Positions 17,561 through 27,372 of a DNA stretch of 64,000 bases are shown in pieces. The DNA comes from Sedimentisphaerales bacterium. GTDB taxonomy: Bacteria > Planctomycetota > Phycisphaerae > Sedimentisphaerales > SM23-30. The position numbers and the translations under genes are program-made. Location of the stretch: the NCBI GenBank assembly GCA_963663965.2, contig CAXXFK010000027.1:1-64000 (forward strand). The letters run 5' to 3'. The notes beneath the pieces were generated by a model. It was not told the DNA's origin. It worked only from the letters and a program-made list of their open reading frames with translations, and ran no database searches. Each line of letters starts with the position of its first letter. Position 1 is the first letter of the stretch.

Positions 17561-20434
17561 ATGGCAGCGAACTACTTTAATAGGCTATTTAAACTTTTTT
17601 CGCTATCAGAATTGGAAAATCCAACACCAGATAATTCAACTATGTGGTTTGAGTTATTGGATGATAACCCCAATTTACAGCGAGAAGCATATTCGGCTAA
17701 TAAGAATCCAGCCTGGTTAAGTCATTTTGTTGAAGCCGGTCTTTTTACGCAAATCCCAAATGCAGAAAAAGAGGGTGACAATACGATTTATCGTAGATAT
17801 TTACCTTTAATTTATTTAAAGAATATTGCCAGCCAAGAGCCAGAGGCCGTTGTAGAGATTATCAATACGATCAAAACCGATAATATTCTGGATCATAAAA
17901 CCTGTTTGGAAGCGATTAATGAAATGCCTGCGGATATTGCCATAACGGCTATGCCATTTATTGACAGTCTTTTTTCGAGTTTAAATAAGATTGATAATTT
18001 GTTTCATGGAGATGAAATAAATAAATTGATAGGAAAGTTGAGTTCTGATTATCCTGAGGTCGCATTTAAATTAGCAGGTTATCTGATTCAATTTAAATCG
18101 GAAAGCCACAACTGGTATGAAGATAATACGAAATTAGAGAAATACTGGATTAAAGAATATATGCAAAAGCACTATTCCAAATTATGGCCAGTTGATCCAG
18201 TCAGAGGATTTGTGCAACTGGTTGATTTGATGTACGGTCATATCATTGATAGTAAGCAGACCGTTGAAGATGGGGATAAAACAACTTATTCTAATGCTTA
18301 TATACCAGATATAACAAACTCTGAATATTACAAAGATAACCCGATTAATATTATCATCAGCACTTTACATACCATCGGTGAAAGTTTGATAGCAGATATT
18401 GAAAAAGGGTTGTTTGCAATTGGTTATTTACTTTCGAAAGAAAAAGTGTTGTTTAAAAGGATTGTATTAACGCTTTTGGCTAAATCGCCCAACCATGATT
18501 TATTTAATTGCCTATTAGATTCCCTGATCATTGAACTGCTTGATAAAAATCGGCTTCGCCGATTTAAAAGAGAGCTATATGAGTGTGTCAATCAAAAACA
18601 TACGGTTCTGAGGCAAGAAACTTTAGATAAGATCAAGAATCAGATCAATATAATCGCTTATGACGACAAGGATCGAGAGCGTTATATTAATAATATTAAA
18701 GAATATGAGAGAAGAGATGTTGCCGATGAAGAATTACTGATTGACGAAGGGCGTTGCAGGGCACGATATTTTTATCCATTCAAGGAGGTGTTTAAAGAGG
18801 AATATGAGAAATATAAAACGATGGGGCAAGGTTCGGATGATGATTTTAAACCCAGGCCTCCATTTTCGAGTGGTATACGAGCGGTAAGCGGCGATGAATT
18901 CAGTCCTATTAAAAAGGATGATTTAATAGATAAATCTTTTTCAGAAATTATAAATATTATAAGTCAGTCCGAAAAGTGGCCTGAACCAAGAATGGTCATA
19001 GGCGATTCTTCTACGATTGAATTCGTAAGACGAGTTTTTAATAGTGTAGTCAGTCAAAGGGCAGATGAATTTGTTAACCTTAGTCAATCAGACATCGAAA
19101 GCATTCCATCCGATTTCATCTCGAGTTATTATGATGCGCTAGTGTTTTGTAATACGCTAGATTGGAAGAAAGTTGAGGATCCGGAAAAATTTATTAATTT
19201 AGGATTTATCTGTTTAGACAAAGATGAAATAAAGTTAGAAGATGTCCTGCTGAGCTTGTTTAGGATTTATGATAAAATTATTGAGGGTAAGGAGCCCGTA
19301 TTGATTTTGGATCAAGAAAAAGCAGTATCTATGCTTGAATTAGCACATAAATGTTTATCATTAGATTACAAACAGGTTGAATTTGATGATGCTTTGGCTA
19401 CCGGTCTCAATGACGCGAGAGGGCGGGCGGCCAGCTTGACTATTAAACTGGCATTGCGATTAAAGAACCAAAATCCGAATGATTATGAAAAAAGCAAATT
19501 CAGAAGTAAACTAATAGAAATATTGGATTTCATATTAAATCAATTGGGCGATCATGATGAAATCACGCAGAACTTCGGTCAGTATTTTATCAATATCTGC
19601 TGGCTGGAAGAGGATTGGGGCAGGGAAAATGCCAATAGAATATTTAATGATTTGGCAAATGCCGCATGGAAAGTTCATTTGAAATATGGTCGTTGTTCCC
19701 GGATCACGTTTGAGATAAATAAACAGCGCTATCAGGAAACTTATCGAATTATGAAATTGCACGATAATGGATTCAGCCATGACGGAATAGAGAATCATAT
19801 CATGCAAGCTTACTGGCAAGGATGGATTGATGTTGATGATCCAATCATTGCAGATATCAACCATTTACCGGCTCAAATGCTCAATAACTGTGCCGATTAT
19901 CTAGGGACTGGTTTTCAATTTATTAACAAGGGTGAAGCGCCTGAAGGGGCTTTAGAACGAGTTAAGAAATATTGGGAGTTCCGAATTGGTGAGTTGGAAA
20001 AAGAAGCCGATCATGATCGCTTAGTTGTTGAACTTAAAGCGTTTATGGAATGGCCAGAGAATAATCCATTTGATGTTGATTATTTATTCGACATGCTGAA
20101 TAAAACGATTGTTTTGTGGCATGAAGATATGAAAGACATGTGGGGAGCGCGGGCCTTTAAGGATTATCTGATAGATCATTTTGAAGAGCATCCAGAAAAG
20201 AGCATAGAATTGCTGTTAAAATTTGCGAAAATAAAACAGGGTTGTGATAATTTGCGGATGAAGACGATTGAATTACAAGAGATGCTGAATGCGATTGCTG
20301 ATCATCCAGATAAATACGGTCCGGTAGTGGTTGAGAAGGCATTAGAGTTGTGTGATCGGATGGGAGAAATGGAAACACAGGCGTATATGGATATTTATAA
20401 GAGACTATTACTGATAGTTGGTAGTGAAGAATAG
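17561..20434 (+). CDS. Large, likely alpha-helical protein coupled to the SIR2 gene; candidate defence sensor/partner
   Basis: 957 aa from ATG 17561, AT-rich, overlapping the SIR2 stop by 20 nt. No catalytic motif recognised. Confidence 0.75.
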   Translation: MAANYFNRLFKLFSLSELENPTPDNSTMWFELLDDNPNLQREAYSANKNPAWLSHFVEAGLFTQIPNAEKEGDNTIYRRYLPLIYLKNIASQEPEAVVEIINTIKTDNILDHKTCLEAINEMPADIAITAMPFIDSLFSSLNKIDNLFHGDEINKLIGKLSSDYPEVAFKLAGYLIQFKSESHNWYEDNTKLEKYWIKEYMQKHYSKLWPVDPVRGFVQLVDLMYGHIIDSKQTVEDGDKTTYSNAYIPDITNSEYYKDNPINIIISTLHTIGESLIADIEKGLFAIGYLLSKEKVLFKRIVLTLLAKSPNHDLFNCLLDSLIIELLDKNRLRRFKRELYECVNQKHTVLRQETLDKIKNQINIIAYDDKDRERYINNIKEYERRDVADEELLIDEGRCRARYFYPFKEVFKEEYEKYKTMGQGSDDDFKPRPPFSSGIRAVSGDEFSPIKKDDLIDKSFSEIINIISQSEKWPEPRMVIGDSSTIEFVRRVFNSVVSQRADEFVNLSQSDIESIPSDFISSYYDALVFCNTLDWKKVEDPEKFINLGFICLDKDEIKLEDVLLSLFRIYDKIIEGKEPVLILDQEKAVSMLELAHKCLSLDYKQVEFDDALATGLNDARGRAASLTIKLALRLKNQNPNDYEKSKFRSKLIEILDFILNQLGDHDEITQNFGQYFINICWLEEDWGRENANRIFNDLANAAWKVHLKYGRCSRITFEINKQRYQETYRIMKLHDNGFSHDGIENHIMQAYWQGWIDVDDPIIADINHLPAQMLNNCADYLGTGFQFINKGEAPEGALERVKKYWEFRIGELEKEADHDRLVVELKAFMEWPENNPFDVDYLFDMLNKTIVLWHEDMKDMWGARAFKDYLIDHFEEHPEKSIELLLKFAKIKQGCDNLRMKTIELQEMLNAIADHPDKYGPVVVEKALELCDRMGEMETQAYMDIYKRLLLIVGSEE

Positions 20435-20717
20435 AGATACAGGATTGTATTGGAAATTGTAAGTTTAAATCACTACGCAACTGGCTTTTACCCATGTTAA
20501 TGAATGGACAAGTAACTGTGGTATGATAGAAATAGATAAAGAGGTGATACGATGCCAAGAAACATCAGTTGGGATTTTCAGGAGTATGAAACAGGATAGT
20601 GAAAAAAATCAGGAAAGATGCCAACGAGAAAAACGAGTTAACCGAAGCCGAAAATGGATTTAAAACGTAATCGATTGTTGTTCTGATCGAGATTGATATG
20701 GTTAAAAGATGGATCGT

Positions 20718-20815
20718 CACGGACTTTCACGGACCGACACGGACTTTCACGGACTGGCACGGACATTACCCGGACGAACACGGACAGTTGCGGACGGACG
20801 CGGACTGGTACGGAT
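20718..20815 (+). repeat. Tandem repeat of CACGGAC-NNN, about 10 units with a 10-nt period
   Basis: cacggacttt cacggaccga cacggacttt cacggactgg cacggacatta cccggacgaa cacggacagt tgcggacgga cgcggactgg tacggat. Confidence 0.9.
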
Positions 20816-21460
20816 ATGCATCGGTTGGCGTGGGCCGTGATTAAGAGAATTGGATGAGGTGATGATGGCTGGCGATGAACATGGATTTATATTACCCCAT
20901 GGCGGGTATCGGAAGTTGAAGAGTTTTCAGATTGCCCGGCTGGTTTACGATGTAACGGTGCGGTTCTGTGAGCTTTATATCGACCGATTCAGCCGGACGA
21001 AGGATCAGATGGTGCAGGCGGCACGGAGCGGGGTGCAGAATATCGCCGAGGGTAGTGTGGCGAGCGGGACTTCGAAGAAAACGGAGATCAAACTGACCCA
21101 GGTGGCACGGGCCAGTCTGGAAGAGTTGCGGCTGGATTATGAAGATTTTCTCAGGCAGCGGAATCTGCCGAAGCTGGAGGCGGACGATCCGATATTGATG
21201 CGTTTTAAAGCGATGCGTTGCGCGACACTGGAACAGATACAGGCGTGAGTGGCGCGGGAGTTAGAGGGAGCAGGGAAGGACACGGACGAAAACCTGTCCG
21301 TGCAGGTCGGTGAGAGTCCGTGTGGGTCGGTGGGATCGGCGATGCTAGCGGCGAATGGGGCGTTGTCGCTTTTGAACCTGGTTGACCGGTTGCTGGGTCA
21401 ACAGATCAAAAGGCTGGAAGAGGATTTTCTGGAGCATGGGGGTTTGCATGAGCGTATGTA

Positions 21461-23288
21461 GAGCCTGTCCGTAGCTTTAACCCTATAGATTTCAAAAGAT
21501 TATGTAAAAGAGTCGGAGTTATAGCGTGCTATTTTGGGTCAAAACCGTAAAATAGGTGTGTTATAAAATGTTTTGCGAATCATTTTTCCTTAAAAAAGGG
21601 AACACACCTATGCCAGAGATTTTACCCGTTCAGCAGTTGTTTGACAAAGGTATTCCGGAAGAATTTGGCTGTCTGGAGTATCGCCAGGAACGCCAGCAGT
21701 TGCTGGCCATGGACCAGATCATCCGCCACAGCGATCTGGAGCAGTTGTTTCTCCAGTATTTTCTCGACAAAGCTTACGCTGAAATGGCCATCGAGCACTT
21801 TGGCACTGACACGCCGGTTAAATTAACCCATACGGATCGCATGAATATTCGTGCCCAGGCCGTTTGGGCGTTACGGATGTCGATCCTGCGTAAGCGGCTG
21901 GGTTTGTCGTTGCGTAAATTTGCCGTGGCCTTGTCTCATAGCGAACTGTATCAGTGGTTTTGCGGCATTAACCGCTTTGATCTGCCTCGGATCCCCGGCA
22001 AAACCAGAATCAACGAGTTGGAAAACGCGCTTTCGCCTCAGTTAATCGCTCAGGCGGAAGAACTGTTTTTTCAAGTGGCCCAGGGTTCGGTTGTTTTGGA
22101 GGCCCCCCTGGATTTCAGTCAGGCTTATTTTGACTGTACCTGCATTGGCGCCCACATTCATTATCCGATCGACTGGCTGCTGTTTAGAGATGCGACCCGT
22201 ACCTTGATGAAGGCGACGGCCCGTATTCGTAAAGCCGGGATCCTGTGTCGCATGCCTTGCGAGCCGGCTAAGTTTATTTCAAACATGAATAAGCTCTGCA
22301 TGGAGATGACCTATGTTAACCGCAAAAAGGGCGCGAAAAAACTGCGTAAAGCGGTTTTGCGAAAGATGAAAAAACTGATCCGGCGGGTCTTGAATCATGC
22401 GGAAAATCATCTGAAAAACCTGGAAAACCACTGGAAAAAGGCCGATATCGCTCTCGGTTCCGTCCGGCAAATCGTCAAACAGATTACCGGCGTGACCTGT
22501 CAGTTGGCCGCCGTGGTCAGGCAGGCTCACGAACGCATGATCGGCGAACGCAAGGTTGCCAATCCAGACAAGATCTTGAGCCTTTACGAGCCGGATATCC
22601 ATGTGATCGTGCGCCGCAAGGCCGGCGCGGAGACGGAATTTGGCAACCAACTTTATCTGGCCGAACAATCCAATGGCTTAATCATGGACTGGAAGTTATT
22701 TCGTCAGCAAGGTCCCAGCGATGAAAAAATGCTTAAAGCCAGCCACCGGCGTATGGAAGAGAAGCTTGGTAATCAAGTCAAGCTGTTGGCCGGCGATCGG
22801 GGCTTCGACAGCGCCGGGAATCGCCAATACATGGAAAGTCACGATATTTTTAATGCGGTTTGTCCGCTCAGCCCGGCCTTGCTGAAGGAAAGGCTTCAGG
22901 AAGAGCCGTTCCGGCAGGCTCAGACTCGCCGCAGTCAGACCGAAGCCCGAATCAGCATCCTGAGCCATGGTTTTTGCGGGGCGCCCATGAAACAAAAAGG
23001 CTTTGATCACCGCCAAGTCCATATGGGCCTGAGCATTTTATCGCACAACCTCTGGGTATTGGCCAGAATTAAGCTGGCTCAAGAGGAAGAACGGGAAAAA
23101 GAACGACAAAAAGTGGCTTAAAACCACCCCGGCTTGCCCTGTTTATGGGGCTACTATGCGCAGAAATCGGAAAATCACCCGCTGAACGAAAATAACCTGG
23201 ACACCAGCCGTCATCTACTGATGATACGATTCAAAATCAGTCCTCCCAAAACCGCGGCTCACAAAATCCAAGAATTGCGGACAGGCTC
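21461..23288 (+). mobile_element. IS5-like (IS4 superfamily DDE) insertion sequence, 1828 bp, 6-bp target duplication TATGTA
   Basis: Terminal IR GAGCCTGTCCGTA versus the reverse complement GAGCCTGTCCGCA. TATGTA occurs at 21455-21460 and 23289-23294. Confidence 0.9.
21610..23121 (+). CDS. DDE transposase (IS5-like)
   Basis: FDCTCIGAHIHYPIDWLL, KILSLYEPDIHVIVRRKAGAETEFG, AGDRGF and RRSQTEARIS. Confidence 0.88.
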   Translation: MPEILPVQQLFDKGIPEEFGCLEYRQERQQLLAMDQIIRHSDLEQLFLQYFLDKAYAEMAIEHFGTDTPVKLTHTDRMNIRAQAVWALRMSILRKRLGLSLRKFAVALSHSELYQWFCGINRFDLPRIPGKTRINELENALSPQLIAQAEELFFQVAQGSVVLEAPLDFSQAYFDCTCIGAHIHYPIDWLLFRDATRTLMKATARIRKAGILCRMPCEPAKFISNMNKLCMEMTYVNRKKGAKKLRKAVLRKMKKLIRRVLNHAENHLKNLENHWKKADIALGSVRQIVKQITGVTCQLAAVVRQAHERMIGERKVANPDKILSLYEPDIHVIVRRKAGAETEFGNQLYLAEQSNGLIMDWKLFRQQGPSDEKMLKASHRRMEEKLGNQVKLLAGDRGFDSAGNRQYMESHDIFNAVCPLSPALLKERLQEEPFRQAQTRRSQTEARISILSHGFCGAPMKQKGFDHRQVHMGLSILSHNLWVLARIKLAQEEEREKERQKVA

Positions 23289-23491
23289 TATGTATCAGGC
23301 CAGAATCGCAGCGAGAAACCGCCAAAACCAACCCAAAAAGTAATTTAACCGAATCGGTTATCAGCAAGCGGGACGTACATTCTTAACTAATACTTGAAAG
23401 CAAGGAATAAAAGCGGTTATACTCCGTTGTGTATGGATAGCGATATGTTAAGACTGGTTAAAATGTGATCATCAAGCAGAAGGATAGTGAC

Positions 23492-26179
23492 ATGAAGGTA
23501 TTGAGCGGTTGTTTGTTCGTGGCGGGACTGGTATTGACGCAATTGGCGAGTTGGGGCGCGGCGGCGGAGGGCGCGGGGTTGCGGGTGGTTGATTTGCGGT
23601 GTGAGCATCTGGTTGATCCGCTGGGGATCGATAAGGCGGCGCCGCGGTTCAGTTGGAAGGTTGAGAGTGACCGGAACGGGACGACGCAGGGTGGGTATCA
23701 GATTCTGGTGGCGAGCGAGCGAGCACTGCTGGATGAGGATCGGGGTGATTTATGGGATTCGCAGCGGGTTGAATCGCGGGAGTGTGTGTTAGCGCCCTAT
23801 CGGGGTAAAGCGCTGGGCAGCGGGCTGGCGGGATACTGGAAGGTGCGGGTGTGGGATGGCCAGGGAGAACGTTCGGGCTGGAGCCCGGTTGGACGGTTCA
23901 GTATTGGATTGCTGCAGGAAACCGACTGGCGGGCGGACTACATCGGGTTTCCGACGGAGGCCGGACAGCGGGAGTGTCCGCAGGTGAGGCGGGCGTTTGA
24001 GATTGAGCGGTTGGGAGCGCCGCTATTCCTGTATGTGAACTCGCTGGGGTATCATGAGGTCTATCTGAACGGAGTAAAGGTTGGGGATGGGGTATTGACG
24101 CCGGCGGTTTCGCAGTTTACCAAACGGTCGCAGGTGGTGTGTTACGATATCAGCGGGCAGGTGAAACAAGGCAGGAACGATCTGATGATCTGGCTGGGCA
24201 GCGGCTGGTACACCGAGGGTGTGCCGGGCGTGGTGCACGCGGGGCCATTGGTGCGGGCGCAACTGGAGCGGGTTGCGGGCGGCAAACGGGAGATGCTGGT
24301 GGCGACCGACAAAGACTGGTTTGGACGGGTGAGCGGGTATCAGCGTCGGGTGAACTGGCAGCCTCCGGTCAAATTTGGCGGCGAGAGGCTGGATGGGCGG
24401 CTGGCGCGGATGGATATGAACCTGGGGGAAGCGGCCGGACGGTCGTGGCGGCCGGTGACGGTGGTGTCGGCGCCGGAGCATCAGGCAACACCGCAAATGG
24501 TGGAATTGAACCGGATCAGCGAGACGATCCGGCCGGTAGAGATCAAAAAAATTGGCGATGAGATGTACCTGGTGGATATGGGGAAATGCCTGAGCGGATG
24601 GTTTGAGATGACGTTCGGGCCGCTGACGAAAGGGCATGAGATTACGCTGGAATATTGCGATCATCTGGAGAGCGATGGCAAGTGGGTGAATCAGAACCAG
24701 TGCGACAGTTATATCGCCGCGGGTGAGGGTGTGGAACGGTTTAGCAACAAGTTCAATTACGTGGCTTTCCGGTATGTCCGGATCAGTCATCTGCCGGAGG
24801 CGCCCCGGGCTGAATCGATGCAGGCTTCGCTGATTCATACCGGGTATGAAGCCGCGGCGGGGTTTGAATGTTCCGATCCGGAGATGAACCGGATCCATGA
24901 TATGATTTTTTATACGCTGCGCTGCCTGAGCCTGGGCGGGGATCTGGTGGATTGTCCGCATATCGAACGGCTGGGCTATGGCGGCGATGGCAACGCCTCG
25001 ACGGAGACGGCCCAGACCCTGTTTGACCTGGCGCCGCTGTATGTCAACTGGCTGCAAGCCTGGGGCGATTGCCAGCGGGACGATGGCGGGATGCCGCATA
25101 CGGCGCCGAATCCATGGAAAGCGGGCGGCGGGCCGTACTGGTGCGGATTTATTATTACGGCTTCGTGGCGGGCCTATCAGCATTATGGGGACAGGGGTGT
25201 GCTGGAACGGTTTTATCCGGCGATGCAGAAATGGCTGGGGTATGCCGAACGCTATTCGCCGGAAGGGTTGCTGAAGCGCTGGCCGGATACGGATTACCGC
25301 ACGTGGTACCTGGGTGACTGGGCGACTCCGACGGGTGTGGATCAGAAGGCGCAGGATTCCATCGATCTGGTGAACAACTGTTTTATGGTGGTCTGTTACG
25401 ATACCATGGCGAAGATCGCTGCGACGCTGGGAAAAACAGCAGAGACCGATGGATATCGTCAGCAGGCGGATACCCTGAAGGAACTGGTTCATAAGACGTA
25501 TTACGATCCGGCGTCGAAAAGCTACGGGACGGGAACCCAGATTGACCTGGTGTATCCGATGCTGGCCGGGGTAGCGCCGGGGGAACTGGCGGCGGGTGTC
25601 CGGGATAAGCTGATGGCGGATACGCAGCAGAAATGGAACGGGCATCTGGCCTGCGGGCTGGTGGGGATACCGGTGTTGACGGAATGGGCAGTGACCAACG
25701 GGGAAGCGGACTGGATGTATGGGATGCTGAAGCAGAAAGGCTATCCGGGCTATCTGCATATGCTGGACAGCGGCGCGACGAGCACCTGGGAACACTGGAA
25801 CGGGTCGCGAAGCCGGATTCACAACTGTTATAACGGGATCGGGTCGTGGTTTTATCAGGCGCTGGGCGGGATCCGGCCGATGGCGGATGGCGCGGGCTAT
25901 CGCCGGGTGCTGATACAACCTCAAGCTGCAAAAGGAATTACATGGGTCAAGGTATTTAAGGAAACGCCTTATGGCCGGTTGGGAGTTGACTGGGAGATGG
26001 AGGATGCGGCCATGGCGCTGAGCGTTGAGGTTCCGGTGGGGATGGAGGCGGAAGTGGCGATACCGGCGGGCGTGGGCCGCTATCGGCTGAATGGGCAGGA
26101 CTATGAGGCGGGCAAGGATGCGAAAATGATCGGCGTGCCAAGCGGGAAAAACCGGATCGAGTATCGAATGCAGGAATGA
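23492..26179 (+). CDS. Secreted alpha-L-rhamnosidase, glycoside hydrolase family 78
   Basis: Signal peptide, LRCEHLVDPLGID..PRFSW, VDCPHIERLGYGGD, YLGDW, GATSTWEHW and SRIHNCY. Confidence 0.9.
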   Translation: MKVLSGCLFVAGLVLTQLASWGAAAEGAGLRVVDLRCEHLVDPLGIDKAAPRFSWKVESDRNGTTQGGYQILVASERALLDEDRGDLWDSQRVESRECVLAPYRGKALGSGLAGYWKVRVWDGQGERSGWSPVGRFSIGLLQETDWRADYIGFPTEAGQRECPQVRRAFEIERLGAPLFLYVNSLGYHEVYLNGVKVGDGVLTPAVSQFTKRSQVVCYDISGQVKQGRNDLMIWLGSGWYTEGVPGVVHAGPLVRAQLERVAGGKREMLVATDKDWFGRVSGYQRRVNWQPPVKFGGERLDGRLARMDMNLGEAAGRSWRPVTVVSAPEHQATPQMVELNRISETIRPVEIKKIGDEMYLVDMGKCLSGWFEMTFGPLTKGHEITLEYCDHLESDGKWVNQNQCDSYIAAGEGVERFSNKFNYVAFRYVRISHLPEAPRAESMQASLIHTGYEAAAGFECSDPEMNRIHDMIFYTLRCLSLGGDLVDCPHIERLGYGGDGNASTETAQTLFDLAPLYVNWLQAWGDCQRDDGGMPHTAPNPWKAGGGPYWCGFIITASWRAYQHYGDRGVLERFYPAMQKWLGYAERYSPEGLLKRWPDTDYRTWYLGDWATPTGVDQKAQDSIDLVNNCFMVVCYDTMAKIAATLGKTAETDGYRQQADTLKELVHKTYYDPASKSYGTGTQIDLVYPMLAGVAPGELAAGVRDKLMADTQQKWNGHLACGLVGIPVLTEWAVTNGEADWMYGMLKQKGYPGYLHMLDSGATSTWEHWNGSRSRIHNCYNGIGSWFYQALGGIRPMADGAGYRRVLIQPQAAKGITWVKVFKETPYGRLGVDWEMEDAAMALSVEVPVGMEAEVAIPAGVGRYRLNGQDYEAGKDAKMIGVPSGKNRIEYRMQE

Positions 26180-26290
26180 TAGGTTAGCAAAAAAACAGCA
26201 ATTATTCATTAACGCCATTATTCCTATTGGGTATAATAGAAAAAGACGGCTGAAATCCGGAACTTTTTCATTTGATCCAACAGGAGGTTT

Positions 26291-27328
26291 ATGATGATGT
26301 TACTACGCGCGCAGGTATCGATGGTTGTGTTGGCTGGTATGGCGGTGTCATTAAGCTGGGGCCAGGGGATGGTGGCAGATCACCGGTGTGTGGATATCAA
26401 CCGGATACCGCAGGCGGCGATCGATCTGGCGCGGGAGCAGCTGCACATTGCTTATGGGCATACATCACATGGCTCGCAGGTGACAGACGGGATGAGTGGA
26501 TTGGTGGCGTTTGCCAATAATGGCGGACGAGGGTTGGAACTGGCATCGAACAGTTTTGCCTGGAATAATGGCGGGAACAATGGCGCGCTGGATTTGCATG
26601 ACTATGCGATGAGCGGCGATGTAGGGTACTGGCCGCAATGGCGGGACGCGACGGTAGCGTATCTGGATAATCCGGTCAACGCGGATGTGAATGTGATCCT
26701 GTGGTCGTGGTGCGGGCAGGTGACCAGTAAATATACCAATGGCAGGTTATATAGCGAATATCTGGCCCCGATGGACACATTGGAGAAAGCGTATTCGGGG
26801 GTGACTTTTGTTTACATGACCGGGCATGTGGATCATGATCAGGACGCGGCGAATAAGGCGGCCAATCAGGCGATCCGGGATTATTGCGCGGCCAATCATA
26901 AGGTGTTGTATGACTTTGCCGATATCGAGTGCTGGGATCCGGATGGTAATTTTTACGCGTATCCGGCTGACAGCTGCAATTATTACACGGCAGAGGGTGT
27001 GAAGCTGGGAAACTGGGCGCTGGAATGGCAGGCGAGTCATATTGAAGGCGGAGACTGGTACCGGTGCGGTGCGGCGCACAGCCAGCCTTTGAACGCCAAT
27101 CAGAAGGCTTACGCGGCCTGGTGGCTGCTGGCGCGGCTGGCAGGCTGGGGTGGCTACAGCGATCAGAATGTGGATGGCCGAACGGACCTGGAAGATGTGG
27201 CGGTATTGGCAACGAACTGGCTGGGTGGCTCCCCCACCGCTGATATTGCGCCGGAACGTCGCGATGGGAAGGTTGATACGCTGGATCTGGGTGTGCTGGT
27301 GGAAAACTGGCTGACTGGTGGTAATTAA
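26291..27328 (+). CDS. Secreted hypothetical protein with a C-terminal dockerin-like motif
   Basis: Signal peptide; YGHTSHGSQ, WSWCGQ and CGAAHSQPLN; C-terminal repeats DQNVDGRTDLEDVAVLATNWL / DGKVDTLDLGVLVENWL. Confidence 0.75.
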   Translation: MMMLLRAQVSMVVLAGMAVSLSWGQGMVADHRCVDINRIPQAAIDLAREQLHIAYGHTSHGSQVTDGMSGLVAFANNGGRGLELASNSFAWNNGGNNGALDLHDYAMSGDVGYWPQWRDATVAYLDNPVNADVNVILWSWCGQVTSKYTNGRLYSEYLAPMDTLEKAYSGVTFVYMTGHVDHDQDAANKAANQAIRDYCAANHKVLYDFADIECWDPDGNFYAYPADSCNYYTAEGVKLGNWALEWQASHIEGGDWYRCGAAHSQPLNANQKAYAAWWLLARLAGWGGYSDQNVDGRTDLEDVAVLATNWLGGSPTADIAPERRDGKVDTLDLGVLVENWLTGGN

Positions 27329-27372
27329 ATCGAAAAACAGTACAATTCTGATTCCGTTTGAAAGGATTCATT

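Larger units (their letters stand above)
15287..17580 (+). pseudogene. SIR2-family (SIR2_2) NADase gene interrupted by IS3; 322 aa when reconstructed
   Basis: FAGAGLS..GMPSW, ITTNYD, HMHG and ILGCSMSDP motifs. Removing 16039-17363 joins ...GESLNN to RRNRKECYIVE... in frame through to the stop at 17580. Confidence 0.85.
20862..23343 (+). pseudogene. Four-helix-bundle protein with suffix domain, disrupted by an in-frame TGA (21246-21248) and an IS insertion
   Basis: HGGYRKLKSFQ..RTKDQMVQAARSGVQNIAEG..ARASLEELRLDYEDFLRQR, then suffix LLGQQIKRLEEDFLEHGGLHERM. After IS removal it continues YQARIAARNRQNQPKK*. Confidence 0.85.

Noticed and set aside
21246..21248. Selenocysteine or stop-codon readthrough at the in-frame TGA
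   Set aside because: The context fits a Trp-to-stop mutation, other genes use TGA as stop, and the gene is also IS-disrupted.
20850..23343. Diversity-generating retroelement (Avd-like gene)
   Set aside because: No reverse transcriptase, and no template/variable repeat pair differing at adenines was seen in the window.
9530..23460. Classical integron or tRNA-anchored integrative element
   Set aside because: No integrase, tRNA gene, attC-type sites or flanking att duplication was identified.
24023..26218. 731-aa antisense ORF and other long shadow ORFs (4550-5824, 55287-56354, 60186-61307)
   Set aside because: They lie opposite well-supported genes and are expected from high GC and skewed codon usage.
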